Positions 45,744 to 56,306 of a stretch of 64,000 nucleotides of DNA are shown in pieces. This DNA is from Candidatus Saccharimonadota bacterium. Its GTDB lineage: Bacteria > Patescibacteriota > Saccharimonadia > Saccharimonadales > Saccharimonadaceae. A program made the position numbers and the translations under genes. Position 1 is the stretch's first letter. Every line of letters begins with the position of its first letter. The stretch is taken from assembly GCA_017540545.1 (NCBI GenBank), contig JAFYAV010000002.1:178588-242587 (forward strand), read 5' to 3'. The notes below the pieces were generated by a model. The model ran no database searches and was not told where the DNA came from. It saw only the letters and a program-made list of their open reading frames with translations.

Positions 45744-48700
45744 ATGCGAAACCCCAACCACTTCCCTACGAGCCAAGAACGCGACAGCGAATCGGAGCTA
45801 CAGGAGGAAATAGATGAAGCGATGTCCGAAATACGTTCCGAGAAAATCGGCCATCGCCTAATAAGTGTTGCTAAAAATATCGTGGAAGGATTCGCAGCTA
45901 AGCCAATGCTGGACAGAATCAGCCAACTCTCGAACAGTGACAACTTACGCGACAAAGCCAAGCTTAAACAATATCAGTCAGGAGAAGGACGCATAGATTT
46001 ATCCAACGATAAAATATTAGAGGCACTATTGGATTCATATGATTCGTTCAATGAAGAGCGGCTAAAATCGCTACTCGCTAAAGGAGTTGAACCGAGCCGT
46101 ATCCTAAAGAACCAACATCTCCAGCAATTAAGCATAAGCAAGCTGGAAAACATGCTCACCCCGCCACCGGATGGCGAACCGTCACCCATGACCGAAGCGG
46201 CCACCAAAAAAGAAGCGACCGCTGCTTCATATAACAAGTTAATGTGGTCATTCTTCGACCAAGTTACTGCCGACGAGAAAACAAGAGAACAAATCATCGC
46301 AAATAGCGATAAAAAAGGCATCGCTAAACACGGAGACGACATATGTGACGAGCTGCTCAACAACTCGCCATATAGCGGTCGCGAAATATTCCGCGAACCC
46401 GAGCAAGTCGAGTTAGCCAAATCTAAGATAAATATACTCAAGCGACTTGGCTACGAATACTTCTCCGATGACGACCAGGAGGAAAAAGAACGCAAAGCGT
46501 CTAATATATTCGGCAGCGAAAATCTTGGCCATAAATATAGAACTTTAGGCGAGTTCGGCTTCTTAAATCAAGACGCGGTTAGTACGCTCTATCACGTCAA
46601 AGCTCAATTAATGAAAAGATACGCAAGTGGCGACTCTTCGGTCATTGCTGGCTACCACAAACTCCCCCCATTCATTCGCAATTCTTACAGCGAAAAAAGA
46701 TATGTGCAAAACTTTTTCCAAATTCCTCACGAACTCGAACCAAATAAAGACGACCAGGCGGCACAATATTGGCGTTCGCAAGACCAAAAGAACGGCTTCG
46801 ATACCATGGCCTTCATAGCATCAGTGTCGACTAATAATGAATCTTCCGTTAGCTGCCTCGACGAGGGCCAAATCAGTGATGATTTCTTCATGCCGGATAG
46901 AGGCCCAACTAGCCATATTATGAATCTATGCGACGCTAGTGCCCCTTACTCGAGACCGGAATACGGCGACGACGAGCGTGGTATTCTCACGATTCTAGCT
47001 AATAATACCGGGCGCATCCCGAACGCTAACGCAAAAGGATTGGTCAAGAACTGGGCGCAGCTACAAGATTACGATGCTGAAAAAGCCTATCTCGAATACG
47101 TTTCAAGAGGTGACGCTAGATTCAAGAGGAATAACCCAGCAACTGGCGAGCTAGAAGATATCTCGCTTTTCGACGAAAATGGCGATCCTACGGACGCTTT
47201 CTATGATTTTGACGCTATTAGCGCCTACGCTCCAAAGCGCTTCCTCTCGCGACTCGACGAAAACTGGCAGAGACACTTCTCGGGAGACGAACTTTATGGA
47301 CTTGATTTTCTTGATTCTCACCCTTCTCTCGATTGTCTTTCTTCAAAATCGGTTTTTAAGGATTGCCCGACTAAGGACTTTTTGGAAATAATCCGCAACA
47401 AACCCGAAACCGTCGAACAAATCCTTCAGCTTCAAGGCGAGAGTAGATCATCATCACAATTCCTCAAAGACGCTATTGGAATCGCAAGCAAAGATGCTTT
47501 GGATGCATGCTTTGACGATAATGGCCCAACGCCAGAATTCTACCGTCGCGCACTCGAAGCGTCCCCTCTCGACTCGATTAATTATATATGGGAACAAATA
47601 TTCATCCGCGAAAACGCAATCAACATTGACGCTCCGACTGCTAATCTCTGTGGACTATGGGCGGACGGCTGCAACTCATTGCCAGGTTTTGTCACTCGCC
47701 GCGAGACCTATATTGACGAAAATGGCAACAAGCTGAGGCGCCCTTGGACAGAAAACATCCCTAAATATTTCGACGAAAATGGCGCAAAACCAGAGTTTTG
47801 GCTTGAAACCCTCAAAGAAAGAAACCTCGCTTTTCTCCGCCAAACAGAACTCGAGCACGGCAGCGAATTTGGCTTCGATGCGCCAACAAGACATTGTTAC
47901 GAATTGCTCGCCAATCTCGGCTCGGCAGACTATCCGTCATTTTTTATCCAACCCGACGAAATATACATAGACGAAAATGGCAACGAACAGAGGCGCCCTT
48001 GGACAGAAAACATCCCCAAATATTTCGACGAAAATGGCGCAAAACTAGAATTTATCACCGACTGCTTACGCGCCAAGCAATTCAAAACAATAGAGCGCGT
48101 AAACTTCGATCCAAACAAATATACAAATCTTGACGATTTCACAAGACAGTTTATTACCTCTGTTGGTACAAATACAGAAACCACTATGCCCTTGGATAAA
48201 TCGAACATCATCTTTGCTCTGACAAAATTCATCACCAAAGACGCCGTCGACTGGAATAAGGCATCAAAACATGAACAAGAAATCCGTGAAGCTTTCTCGG
48301 AGAACGCAACGAAAGACATGGCGCTCCGTTCCCTAAGAAAAGCATACGAGGGCTATCTTTTCAGCAAAGACACTTCTGACTTCCCTATCGGCCTCAAAGC
48401 CCTGTCCGACTACATGCATAGCAAGGGTGGAGCCGGTCCACTCACGCAAATTGAAGCGTTTTTAGATTTCGCTGGAGCACTTGGAGAAGCGAATGATGGC
48501 GGATGCAAAGAGTTGACGTCAAAACTAGAGAAAAAAATGCAACAATATCGCTGGAGTAACCAAGAAAAGACAAACTTCTACGCTATCTCCGCCGAAGTGC
48601 TTCAAGCTAGCCCAGATCTATACAAAGAATTAGCATCGTTGCTAGAAAACATCCCTAACCAAGAAGATTTCAGCAAGTTCACAACGGACATATATCCACT

Positions 48701-50594
48701 ATTCCGCGCCAAACTCGCCCTACTAAGACAATACGATTATTCAGGCGATCACGTTGGTCACGGATATAGTACCGCATACTACAACCCCGACGATATTGAA
48801 AAAGTCAAGGAACAGCTACACGGCGCAATAGGCGTACTTAATCTAGGCCAAAACTCCCCAAGTCGACGCCAGCAAGGTATGGAAATAGTCCGCAAGAATA
48901 TGCTCAAAGATATCACTGAACTATTTAAGGATAAATTAAACATTAGCGAAGGGGCTATTCCGAACGAATTCTACAAAAACGATGTCAGAGTTATTCAAGA
49001 CATGACATTGTATTTGAGCTTCATAAATAATCCCGATTCATACAAGAAAAACTTAATTAGTCTATATTTGGCACTGCTACTCGACAAGAATGGTGGCTGG
49101 AATAAGCTTCGCAATGGTGAAACGGTTCCGGTTGAAAAACTACTAGACATCACCCCTCCCGAGATAGAAGCTATCCAAAACGCCTTCGAGATGAGCCGCA
49201 AAAATAATCCCGTCAATCACGAAAATACCCGTATCGACACCGACGACCCAGATCGCCTACGAGCCTTCCAGGCCGCCCTCCAACAACAAGCCAGCTCGAC
49301 CCGTACCGGTAGCATCATAACCGTTGACGAGCATCTCCGAAATCTCGCCGCAAATGCAGACGAGTTAAGAGACCCAGATGCGCTGTCGGAAATCGATCGC
49401 CAAAGAGCCGAGATGCTTGAGCAATATTCTGCCAGACAAATTCGGACCGTCTCTAGCAAACTATGGGGGCGTATAAGCGGAAAAAATATACCGCTCAACG
49501 ATGAGGAATCGATAATCGCAGATAAACTAACCGGCATTCTCGCGAGCCAAAATATCGAACTCACCCCAGATAATATTGTCGCTTATCTCCAAAGAGGCTT
49601 CAACGCCATCGAAGCGTCAAACAAAATCCAACAAATCCTAGAAGGATCCCACGTAACTGACGCTATTAATGATTTTCAGCGAATATTAACGCCGCCAGAC
49701 GAAATCATCAAGATATTTAACGATAAACTAGAACAAGATTTCCAGCCGCTATCAGGCGCGATGGCAATTGGCTCCGACTTAAACTACCTAGAGAATCTCT
49801 TAAACAAATACGAAGATCGGCTAACGAAAGAAGAGATGGATGCCGCACAGGAGTATATCGGTTCTATTAGAACTAAAATGGCCGAGCTAGAGTCGCTCAG
49901 TGGCGAAATAACCAAAAAATTCGAAACTATCGCAAAAGATCTAGACGGCGTTGCCGGATCTGATGGCCTAAAATCCATCATAGAAAATATCGCGAATATT
50001 GCAAAAGGCGGCGACTCAGAGCAGATTCTAACTACAACTTTCACCAATGATTTCGTTATCATTCTGGAAAACATGCGCGCATGTCTGAGTGCTTATACTA
50101 AAGGTTGCAATAATGACACAAATCTATCCTTTGCCGAAGGCTATAGATTCTATCTTTACACTAGCAATGAAATGTGGGCGGGAAGCAGCAATAGCGTCTC
50201 GGACGAAATTGTCTATTTTATCCCAGGCGAAAAAGATGGCAATAAGTCAATGGATTTTGTCATGGATAGAATTTACGGTCAAAAGAACAAGGACATCTTC
50301 GATAATCATGTCAAAACAATGGTCCAAAAGGCATCTGAACTCAAAAAACAATTCCCGGAAACTCCGATTAGGGTCTTTATTCCGGACGGCACAATGCAAA
50401 GCTGCTGCGTGAGTGTAACTGCCGAAGATGTTGCTACTAGAATTGGGCTACCAGAAGGCGCTACCGCCGAAGCAGTCACCGAAAAAACGTTCACCGTTCC
50501 AGAAACCAGTTTCGGAGACCACTACATAGAATTTGGCGAAAACGGCAGGACTCCAGGCCCCCGCCCCGTTAGTGGTATCGAGATAATACTATAG
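45744..50594 (+). CDS. Giant orphan protein (1616 aa), no recognisable domain, internal repeats
   Basis: Uninterrupted 4.85-kb ORF; acidic, mostly helical-looking sequence; recurrent FDENG-x3-EF motif; no signal peptide or TM seen. Confidence 0.8.
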   Translation: MRNPNHFPTSQERDSESELQEEIDEAMSEIRSEKIGHRLISVAKNIVEGFAAKPMLDRISQLSNSDNLRDKAKLKQYQSGEGRIDLSNDKILEALLDSYDSFNEERLKSLLAKGVEPSRILKNQHLQQLSISKLENMLTPPPDGEPSPMTEAATKKEATAASYNKLMWSFFDQVTADEKTREQIIANSDKKGIAKHGDDICDELLNNSPYSGREIFREPEQVELAKSKINILKRLGYEYFSDDDQEEKERKASNIFGSENLGHKYRTLGEFGFLNQDAVSTLYHVKAQLMKRYASGDSSVIAGYHKLPPFIRNSYSEKRYVQNFFQIPHELEPNKDDQAAQYWRSQDQKNGFDTMAFIASVSTNNESSVSCLDEGQISDDFFMPDRGPTSHIMNLCDASAPYSRPEYGDDERGILTILANNTGRIPNANAKGLVKNWAQLQDYDAEKAYLEYVSRGDARFKRNNPATGELEDISLFDENGDPTDAFYDFDAISAYAPKRFLSRLDENWQRHFSGDELYGLDFLDSHPSLDCLSSKSVFKDCPTKDFLEIIRNKPETVEQILQLQGESRSSSQFLKDAIGIASKDALDACFDDNGPTPEFYRRALEASPLDSINYIWEQIFIRENAINIDAPTANLCGLWADGCNSLPGFVTRRETYIDENGNKLRRPWTENIPKYFDENGAKPEFWLETLKERNLAFLRQTELEHGSEFGFDAPTRHCYELLANLGSADYPSFFIQPDEIYIDENGNEQRRPWTENIPKYFDENGAKLEFITDCLRAKQFKTIERVNFDPNKYTNLDDFTRQFITSVGTNTETTMPLDKSNIIFALTKFITKDAVDWNKASKHEQEIREAFSENATKDMALRSLRKAYEGYLFSKDTSDFPIGLKALSDYMHSKGGAGPLTQIEAFLDFAGALGEANDGGCKELTSKLEKKMQQYRWSNQEKTNFYAISAEVLQASPDLYKELASLLENIPNQEDFSKFTTDIYPLFRAKLALLRQYDYSGDHVGHGYSTAYYNPDDIEKVKEQLHGAIGVLNLGQNSPSRRQQGMEIVRKNMLKDITELFKDKLNISEGAIPNEFYKNDVRVIQDMTLYLSFINNPDSYKKNLISLYLALLLDKNGGWNKLRNGETVPVEKLLDITPPEIEAIQNAFEMSRKNNPVNHENTRIDTDDPDRLRAFQAALQQQASSTRTGSIITVDEHLRNLAANADELRDPDALSEIDRQRAEMLEQYSARQIRTVSSKLWGRISGKNIPLNDEESIIADKLTGILASQNIELTPDNIVAYLQRGFNAIEASNKIQQILEGSHVTDAINDFQRILTPPDEIIKIFNDKLEQDFQPLSGAMAIGSDLNYLENLLNKYEDRLTKEEMDAAQEYIGSIRTKMAELESLSGEITKKFETIAKDLDGVAGSDGLKSIIENIANIAKGGDSEQILTTTFTNDFVIILENMRACLSAYTKGCNNDTNLSFAEGYRFYLYTSNEMWAGSSNSVSDEIVYFIPGEKDGNKSMDFVMDRIYGQKNKDIFDNHVKTMVQKASELKKQFPETPIRVFIPDGTMQSCCVSVTAEDVATRIGLPEGATAEAVTEKTFTVPETSFGDHYIEFGENGRTPGPRPVSGIEIIL
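47709..48052 (+). repeat. Intragenic direct duplication (two ~90-nt near-identical blocks 255 nt apart)
   Basis: 47709-47797 vs 47964-48052, roughly 90 percent identical by eye; encode YIDENGN(KL/EQ)RRPWTENIPKYFDENGAK(P/L)EF. Confidence 0.85.
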
Positions 50595-50684
50595 GAGATT
50601 TCTTCAGCACGACCCCACTCCGCCAAGATGCGCATCACAACAAAAAACACCCGCCTAAAGAGTGTTTCCAAAAACTCAATGTTA

Positions 50685-50760
50685 TGGTGATCACGGCGGG
50701 ATTCGAACCCGCGATTGCCAGGATGAAAACCTGGAGTCCTAACCACTAGACGACGTGACC
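50685..50760 (-). tRNA. tRNA-Glu (anticodon UUC), CCA encoded
   Basis: Reverse complement GGTCACGTCGTCTAGTGGTTAGGACTCCAGGTTTTCATCCTGGCAATCGCGGGTTCGAATCCCGCCGTGATCACCA; anticodon loop TTTTCAT. Confidence 0.95.
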
Positions 50761-50799
50761 AGTGCCCTTATTTTAACAATTTATCGGGCTTTTCGCAAG

Positions 50800-51975
50800 T
50801 TATTTATCTTTAGCAACGCCGATTATTATGTCAGCTAGGCTCTCTGCCGCATTGTCTTTCGTAAAGCTATGCAAGTTCTTCGCAAGTTTTTCGCGTTCCT
50901 TCTCACTACGCAATAGATGAAGAATTGCATCTAGCAATAATTCTGGCTTTTTCATCATTTTCGAATCGGAAACCACAATTGCCGCCTCGGCCTTTTCATA
51001 AGCTTTTGCGTTCTTTACCTGGTGACGTCCAGGCAACTCTTCATTCGGCACCATCACGACCGGCTTTGCCATACCAGATAGTTCCGTCATCGTCGAAGCC
51101 CCAGCGCGTGAAACCACCACGTCGGCCGCACCAAACAGCTTCCACATCTCACTCGAAAACTCAACCATCCGAAAATTACTTTGCAATACGCCGTCTTCCC
51201 ACTTCTCGTACTCTTTCAAGTCCAGCATATCCGGATAACGCTCCCGCCCCGCCACTAGCATCGCTGAACTAGACTTTAGTAACTCTGGCAAAATCTTCCG
51301 CATCGTCAAATTAATATCTTCCGCTCCTAAACTACCACCCGTCGCCAAAACGAGTTTCTTTTCTGGATCAAAACCCAGTTCTTTCTTCAGATTTTTTTGC
51401 TTCGCCTCAGATACAGGCTTAAACTCTTCGCTAATCGGAATCCCCGTCCATTCCGCCTTGTTTTCTGGGTAATTATAGTAACTCAGGGGCATACCAGTCG
51501 CAATCTTTGCTGCCCTCTTCGACAGTAATCGATTTGCCAAACCCGGCACCGCATCACTATCGTGTACCACATATGGAATTCTCAGCAACCGCGCCGCCAT
51601 CCCCACCGGCAAACAAACATAGCCGCCCTTCAAAAATACCACATCCGGTCGATGCATAATCATACGAAACAAGCTCTGGAAAAAGCCTGCAACTACCCGA
51701 AAGAAATCGGCTATATTATTCAGAACTATATCAAAATGGCGCAAATAATCCATCAAGCCAAAACCAGCATAGCGGCGAAACTTCCCTGCCGCCACCCTCT
51801 TAATATTCACATCCATCCCGTTCTCGATAGTAATTTTGCGTGCGTTTTTGTAATACTTTTTGTCAGTCCAAAAATCAATCTTCGCACGTGGGCGTATTTT
51901 CCAAATCTCACGTACGACGGCAACTACCGGCGTAACGTGCCCCCCGCTCCCCCCGCCGACTACTAGTATTCTCAT
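50800..51975 (-). CDS. murG: UDP-GlcNAc:lipid I GlcNAc transferase MurG
   Basis: MRILVVGGGSGGHVTP, LATGGSLGA, SRAGASTMTEL; dcw-cluster position. Confidence 0.93.
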   Translation of the reverse strand: MRILVVGGGSGGHVTPVVAVVREIWKIRPRAKIDFWTDKKYYKNARKITIENGMDVNIKRVAAGKFRRYAGFGLMDYLRHFDIVLNNIADFFRVVAGFFQSLFRMIMHRPDVVFLKGGYVCLPVGMAARLLRIPYVVHDSDAVPGLANRLLSKRAAKIATGMPLSYYNYPENKAEWTGIPISEEFKPVSEAKQKNLKKELGFDPEKKLVLATGGSLGAEDINLTMRKILPELLKSSSAMLVAGRERYPDMLDLKEYEKWEDGVLQSNFRMVEFSSEMWKLFGAADVVVSRAGASTMTELSGMAKPVVMVPNEELPGRHQVKNAKAYEKAEAAIVVSDSKMMKKPELLLDAILHLLRSEKEREKLAKNLHSFTKDNAAESLADIIIGVAKDK

Positions 51976-53089
51976 CTATTACTTCCCTGCTTGTCCAGGT
52001 GGATATCTGCAACGTCATTCCGACGACGAACGAGACAAACATCATACTCGTGCCGCCATGGCTTAAGAACGGCAACGTAATGCCTTTCATTGGCATTAAC
52101 GCCAACATTCCACCTACATTTATTATAACATGCGACAAAATCCAGGTAAAAACACCTAGCGCAAACAGACTCTGCTCCTCATCCTTCGTACGCTTCGATA
52201 CCCCTAGTATCCTCTGCAGCAACACAGCATATACTACCAAAACTATCACCGCGCCAAAAAAGCCCCAGGCTTCGCCCACGACCGAAAAAATCGAATCGCT
52301 TGGCGCCTCTGGCAAATACCCCGTCGTTTGCACACTATTACCAAGTCCAACCCCAAACGCTCCACCGGTACCAAAGCCAATCAGAGAATTCATAATATGA
52401 AAATCGTCGCCCTGCCCACTAAAACTCGCCAAACGGTCCAATCTGTGTGGCGCCACCTGAATCAGCAATACCACACAAACCGCCACGACTAACGCGAATA
52501 CTCCCAACTGTTTCCATGGCATTCCGCCCACAAACATCATCATACCTAATATCATATAAATTACCGCCGTACTACCCAAATCCTTTTCCAGAAAGGCCAC
52601 CGCAATCGCCACAGCGCCAATAATCGTCGCCATCGGTATCCAGAATTCACTTTTGTCTAACTGCCCTTTCTTACGTCGATCCGACACCAACCATGCGCCA
52701 TAAAAAAGCACCGCAACCTTCAAAAATTCCGCTGGCTGAAAACTTCCTAGCAAAGGAACGTTTAAGGCTCGGCATGCGCCCTCGTCGCAAATCACTAGAC
52801 CTTCGACGCCCGCTCTCCCTAGTATTGCCGTCAAGAAACATAATCCAATTGCCAGCATCGCCATCCCCTTGCTGTACTGACCCAACTTCTGGTATGGAAT
52901 CAACGCCCCAATCAACAGCATCACTACTGACGCAAAAATACCCTTCAAATGCCCTGTAAAATAATAATCCGTGGCAATCCCCTCAGACTGCGCCGCACGC
53001 GGTCCTATCGCATAAACAATAATGAGTCCGGCCGCCATCAGCCCCACCGTCAACAACAGAATTGTAAAATCTGGCCGGTGTTTTCTCAC
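51908..53089 (-). CDS. ftsW: SEDS-family peptidoglycan polymerase FtsW
   Basis: Polytopic membrane protein with FtsW/RodA layout, located between mraY and murG; overlaps murG by 68 nt. Confidence 0.88.
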   Translation of the reverse strand: MRKHRPDFTILLLTVGLMAAGLIIVYAIGPRAAQSEGIATDYYFTGHLKGIFASVVMLLIGALIPYQKLGQYSKGMAMLAIGLCFLTAILGRAGVEGLVICDEGACRALNVPLLGSFQPAEFLKVAVLFYGAWLVSDRRKKGQLDKSEFWIPMATIIGAVAIAVAFLEKDLGSTAVIYMILGMMMFVGGMPWKQLGVFALVVAVCVVLLIQVAPHRLDRLASFSGQGDDFHIMNSLIGFGTGGAFGVGLGNSVQTTGYLPEAPSDSIFSVVGEAWGFFGAVIVLVVYAVLLQRILGVSKRTKDEEQSLFALGVFTWILSHVIINVGGMLALMPMKGITLPFLSHGGTSMMFVSFVVGMTLQISTWTSREVIDENTSSRRGERGARYAGSCRRT

Positions 53090-54117
53090 TTAATAATGCC
53101 CCCACCCATTGCCAAAAAGATCCCAAGCATCGCTGTCACCCCGCCAATAATCCAAAATCGCATCACTACTTTGCTCTCTTCCCAGCCTTTCGCCTGTAAA
53201 TGATGATGCAACGGTGCCGAAATGAACACCTTGCGATGGAAGAACTCCTTCGCACAAATCTGAATTAACGAACTGCCCGCCTCGACTACGAATAAGATGC
53301 CAATTATCGGTAACAGCAAAAACGAATTCGTCATCATCGCCACAACACCAAGCCCCGCACCTAGCGCGAACGAACCCGTATCGCCCATCATAAAACGCGC
53401 CGGATACACATTGAACCAGATATAAGACAGCAGCGCGCCTAGCACAATAAAGCAGAATGCAGCCAAAAACCACTGCTCTTGTAACAGCGCAATAATGCCA
53501 TACGAGCCATAGGCCAGCATCGTCAAGCCACCCGCCAGGCCGTCCATACCATCGGATATATTTACGGCATTTCCAGTAGCAACGACTGCGAACGCAAACA
53601 GCGCAATCATGCCCACGACGCCAATATTAACCGATCCCATATACGGCACCATTACCGAAGTCCAACCTAGCTTTACGGCAAAGAACCACCCCAGCGCCAC
53701 CCCCAGCGCCGTAATCATGGCAAACTTGACCGGTGCACGCAGGCCAGCCGCCGCATTCTTCCCGAACAGGTTTATCGTATCGTCGATGAATCCAATCACC
53801 CCGCCGCCGACGAAAGCCACAATCGGCAGCCATGTTTGTCCGCGATTAAGGGCATTACAAACAATCAGCACTACCGGAACAGCCACCAGCATAATTAGAC
53901 CCGCCATCGTTGGAAAATGACGCTTAATCTTCTCTTTGTGTAATTCATTCATTACCTTGAGTTCTTCCCCAGTCACTGCTACGCTTTTCTGACGCTTCCA
54001 GAGCTTATGCTTATAGGCAAAAGTCGTATAAAATGGCGTCAGAAACATCGAAAGCAAAAAAGCGCCCAATGCGACAAATAGCTCATATCCAATTCTGGAA
54101 TTAATATCCTTAATCAT
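53086..54117 (-). CDS. mraY: Phospho-N-acetylmuramoyl-pentapeptide transferase
   Basis: NISDGMDGLAGG, FMMGDTGSFALG, 10-TM layout. Confidence 0.95.
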   Translation of the reverse strand: MIKDINSRIGYELFVALGAFLLSMFLTPFYTTFAYKHKLWKRQKSVAVTGEELKVMNELHKEKIKRHFPTMAGLIMLVAVPVVLIVCNALNRGQTWLPIVAFVGGGVIGFIDDTINLFGKNAAAGLRAPVKFAMITALGVALGWFFAVKLGWTSVMVPYMGSVNIGVVGMIALFAFAVVATGNAVNISDGMDGLAGGLTMLAYGSYGIIALLQEQWFLAAFCFIVLGALLSYIWFNVYPARFMMGDTGSFALGAGLGVVAMMTNSFLLLPIIGILFVVEAGSSLIQICAKEFFHRKVFISAPLHHHLQAKGWEESKVVMRFWIIGGVTAMLGIFLAMGGGIIK

Positions 54118-54131
54118 TCGCTTTTTCCTTT

Positions 54132-55877
54132 CTATTTTACTGGTTCTATTCTTAAATATTCTAGCAAATAATTACTAATGTCCGTGAATATTGGTACCGC
54201 ACTGACCGACCCCCACAATAGACTATTACCATCTAGGCGAACCATAATTACGTAGCTCGGCAAAGCACCAGCCTTCTTCGAGCCTCCATAGCCGATCACG
54301 CTCGCAATCGTCTTATCCGAGGTATATTTACCATTTTTATCGTAGGTCTCAGATGTGCCAGTTTTCAAACCGACCCTATACCCCGGTTTATCCCCCACGG
54401 TAAGCGCCTCTTTCTGACGCACCTCCTCCAGCATTGAGCGCATCTGGTCACTCGTGCTCTCCGAAATCGTTTGCCGCACCGCTGCCTTGCTCTCGTCTTT
54501 ATAGAACACTCCATTCTTCATTTGCCCAGCAACAATCGTCGGCCGATAATACTTGCCGCCATTTACTAATGACGAAAAAGCCGACGCTACTTGGATCATC
54601 GTTAAATTCATTCCCTGTCCGAAAGTCATGTTTGCATAACGCACCGCGTTACCCTCGTCCTCTTCTGGACTGATGATTATCCCTGGCGCATCATATAGTT
54701 CAATGCCCGTACGTTGCCCTAACCCGAAATTCTGCGTTAAATAATTATATAGCTTCGTACGCGCCGCCTTCGTGATGCTGCCGCCGCCCAAACGTCGCAA
54801 CGCCTCAATCGAACCGGTATTAAATGAATAGTCTAGCGCCGTTCGGAAAGTAATCTGCCCAATCGCCGTATAGGTCAAAGCATTCTGCATCCTGCGATCG
54901 CCCACAATTGTGTACCCCTTATTGTAATAAGTATCCGTCGGCCTCAATACGCCCTCATTTATCGCCGCCGCGTAAGTAAAAGTCTTACAAACCGAAGCTG
55001 GCTCGTACGGCGTTTCAACCACCCGATTCACGAATAATGATGCATCCTTCACCTCGTAATACTTTTCCGGCTCATAAGTCGGGTAATTCGCCATCGCCAT
55101 CACCTTGCCCGTATTTGGATCCATCACCAATACGCTAGCCGTCGTGATTGCCTTATTGCCGTCCGAATGCGTCTTCAATATCTTCTCAACCTTCCGCTGA
55201 ACATTCTCATCTATCGTCAGCACAATATTGTCGCCATCTTTTGCCGGGATTTCGACATTATCGTCACCAATCGATAGTGGAATCTGGTTTACGTCCGTTA
55301 TCGTCTTCAACATACCATCTTTGCCAGCTAAGCGCTCATTGAGTGCGCCCTCTAATCCAGTTCCGGTGCCCTCTGCATTGATGAAACCGAGCAATTGCGC
55401 GCCCAAACTTCCCGCCGGATAAACCCTACGCGAAGTCTCCTTCTGCCCCACCCCGCGCAAATTCGCTTGTTTTACCTTCGTAACCGTATCGTAATTGACA
55501 TGTTTCGCAATCTCAACATAACCACTATTCATATTCGACCATACTTTATCCCAAGTTGTAATCATTTGATTACCCAAAATATTCGTCAATTGCGCTTGCA
55601 CCTTATCTTTGTCATCAACATAACTAGGATCGACAAAAATCAGCCATGTCCGCTCGTTCATAATTACCGGCGTCGTATCATTTGCGCCACTCATCATATA
55701 AACTTCGCCACGCTTTGCAAGCAGTGAATATTTCGACACCCGCAACGCGCTAGCTGCGTCCTCATATTTTTGATGGTCAATAATCTGCACTAAGAAAAGT
55801 CGCGCCACAGCAATTGCGAAAGCAGCAAAAACAACGATTTGCACCAATAAGTAACGCGATTTTCGCGACATAAGCAT
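54132..55877 (-). CDS. ftsI: Class B penicillin-binding protein (FtsI-type transpeptidase)
   Basis: N-terminal TM; SxxK (ASVCKTF), SxN (YSFNTG), KTG (LKTGTSE); dcw position. Confidence 0.9.
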   Translation of the reverse strand: MLMSRKSRYLLVQIVVFAAFAIAVARLFLVQIIDHQKYEDAASALRVSKYSLLAKRGEVYMMSGANDTTPVIMNERTWLIFVDPSYVDDKDKVQAQLTNILGNQMITTWDKVWSNMNSGYVEIAKHVNYDTVTKVKQANLRGVGQKETSRRVYPAGSLGAQLLGFINAEGTGTGLEGALNERLAGKDGMLKTITDVNQIPLSIGDDNVEIPAKDGDNIVLTIDENVQRKVEKILKTHSDGNKAITTASVLVMDPNTGKVMAMANYPTYEPEKYYEVKDASLFVNRVVETPYEPASVCKTFTYAAAINEGVLRPTDTYYNKGYTIVGDRRMQNALTYTAIGQITFRTALDYSFNTGSIEALRRLGGGSITKAARTKLYNYLTQNFGLGQRTGIELYDAPGIIISPEEDEGNAVRYANMTFGQGMNLTMIQVASAFSSLVNGGKYYRPTIVAGQMKNGVFYKDESKAAVRQTISESTSDQMRSMLEEVRQKEALTVGDKPGYRVGLKTGTSETYDKNGKYTSDKTIASVIGYGGSKKAGALPSYVIMVRLDGNSLLWGSVSAVPIFTDISNYLLEYLRIEPVK

Positions 55878-55943
55878 AAGAAAATTATACTACAAAAAAC
55901 TTCGGTCAAACACCTACCGAAGTTTTTTTCGGAAAAGAAAAGA

Positions 55944-56306
55944 TTATTCTTTTACAAAATCCGCACTATTCGCATTTACCATCGTCGCCGCAACCGTGTT
56001 CTTATCCTCGTCCGCCGCCGCAGCCGTTATTTTTGCATTTTCTACCGCCAGCGCATCCCGTTGAGCCTCAAGATCGACAATTTCACTGTCTACCTTTGCA
56101 ATTTCGACATCATAATTTGTCACCTTTGTACTTTGGGTCAGGAAAATTAAGCCAGTTAGTAGCACAATCAACACAATTGCAATTGTATGACTGACCGGCC
56201 CCAGGACGATTCTCGAATTATGCCGCACGTCATTTCGGTTTCGCGCCCACATACTTGACGAGCTTCTCGTTCCTGTCATCCTTCTTGTTGCATAATATGC
56301 TGGCAT
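55944..56306 (-). CDS. ftsL: FtsL-like cell-division protein
   Basis: 120 aa, single TM followed by a coiled-coil segment, directly upstream of ftsI. Confidence 0.6.
   Translation of the reverse strand: MPAYYATRRMTGTRSSSSMWARNRNDVRHNSRIVLGPVSHTIAIVLIVLLTGLIFLTQSTKVTNYDVEIAKVDSEIVDLEAQRDALAVENAKITAAAADEDKNTVAATMVNANSADFVKE

Noticed and set aside
47709-48052. Giant-gene internal repeat as a diversity-generating retroelement TR/VR pair
   Set aside because: Mismatches between the copies are not adenine-specific (t/c, t/a, a/g, g/a, c/t all occur). Both copies are in frame inside the same gene. No reverse transcriptase is present in the window.
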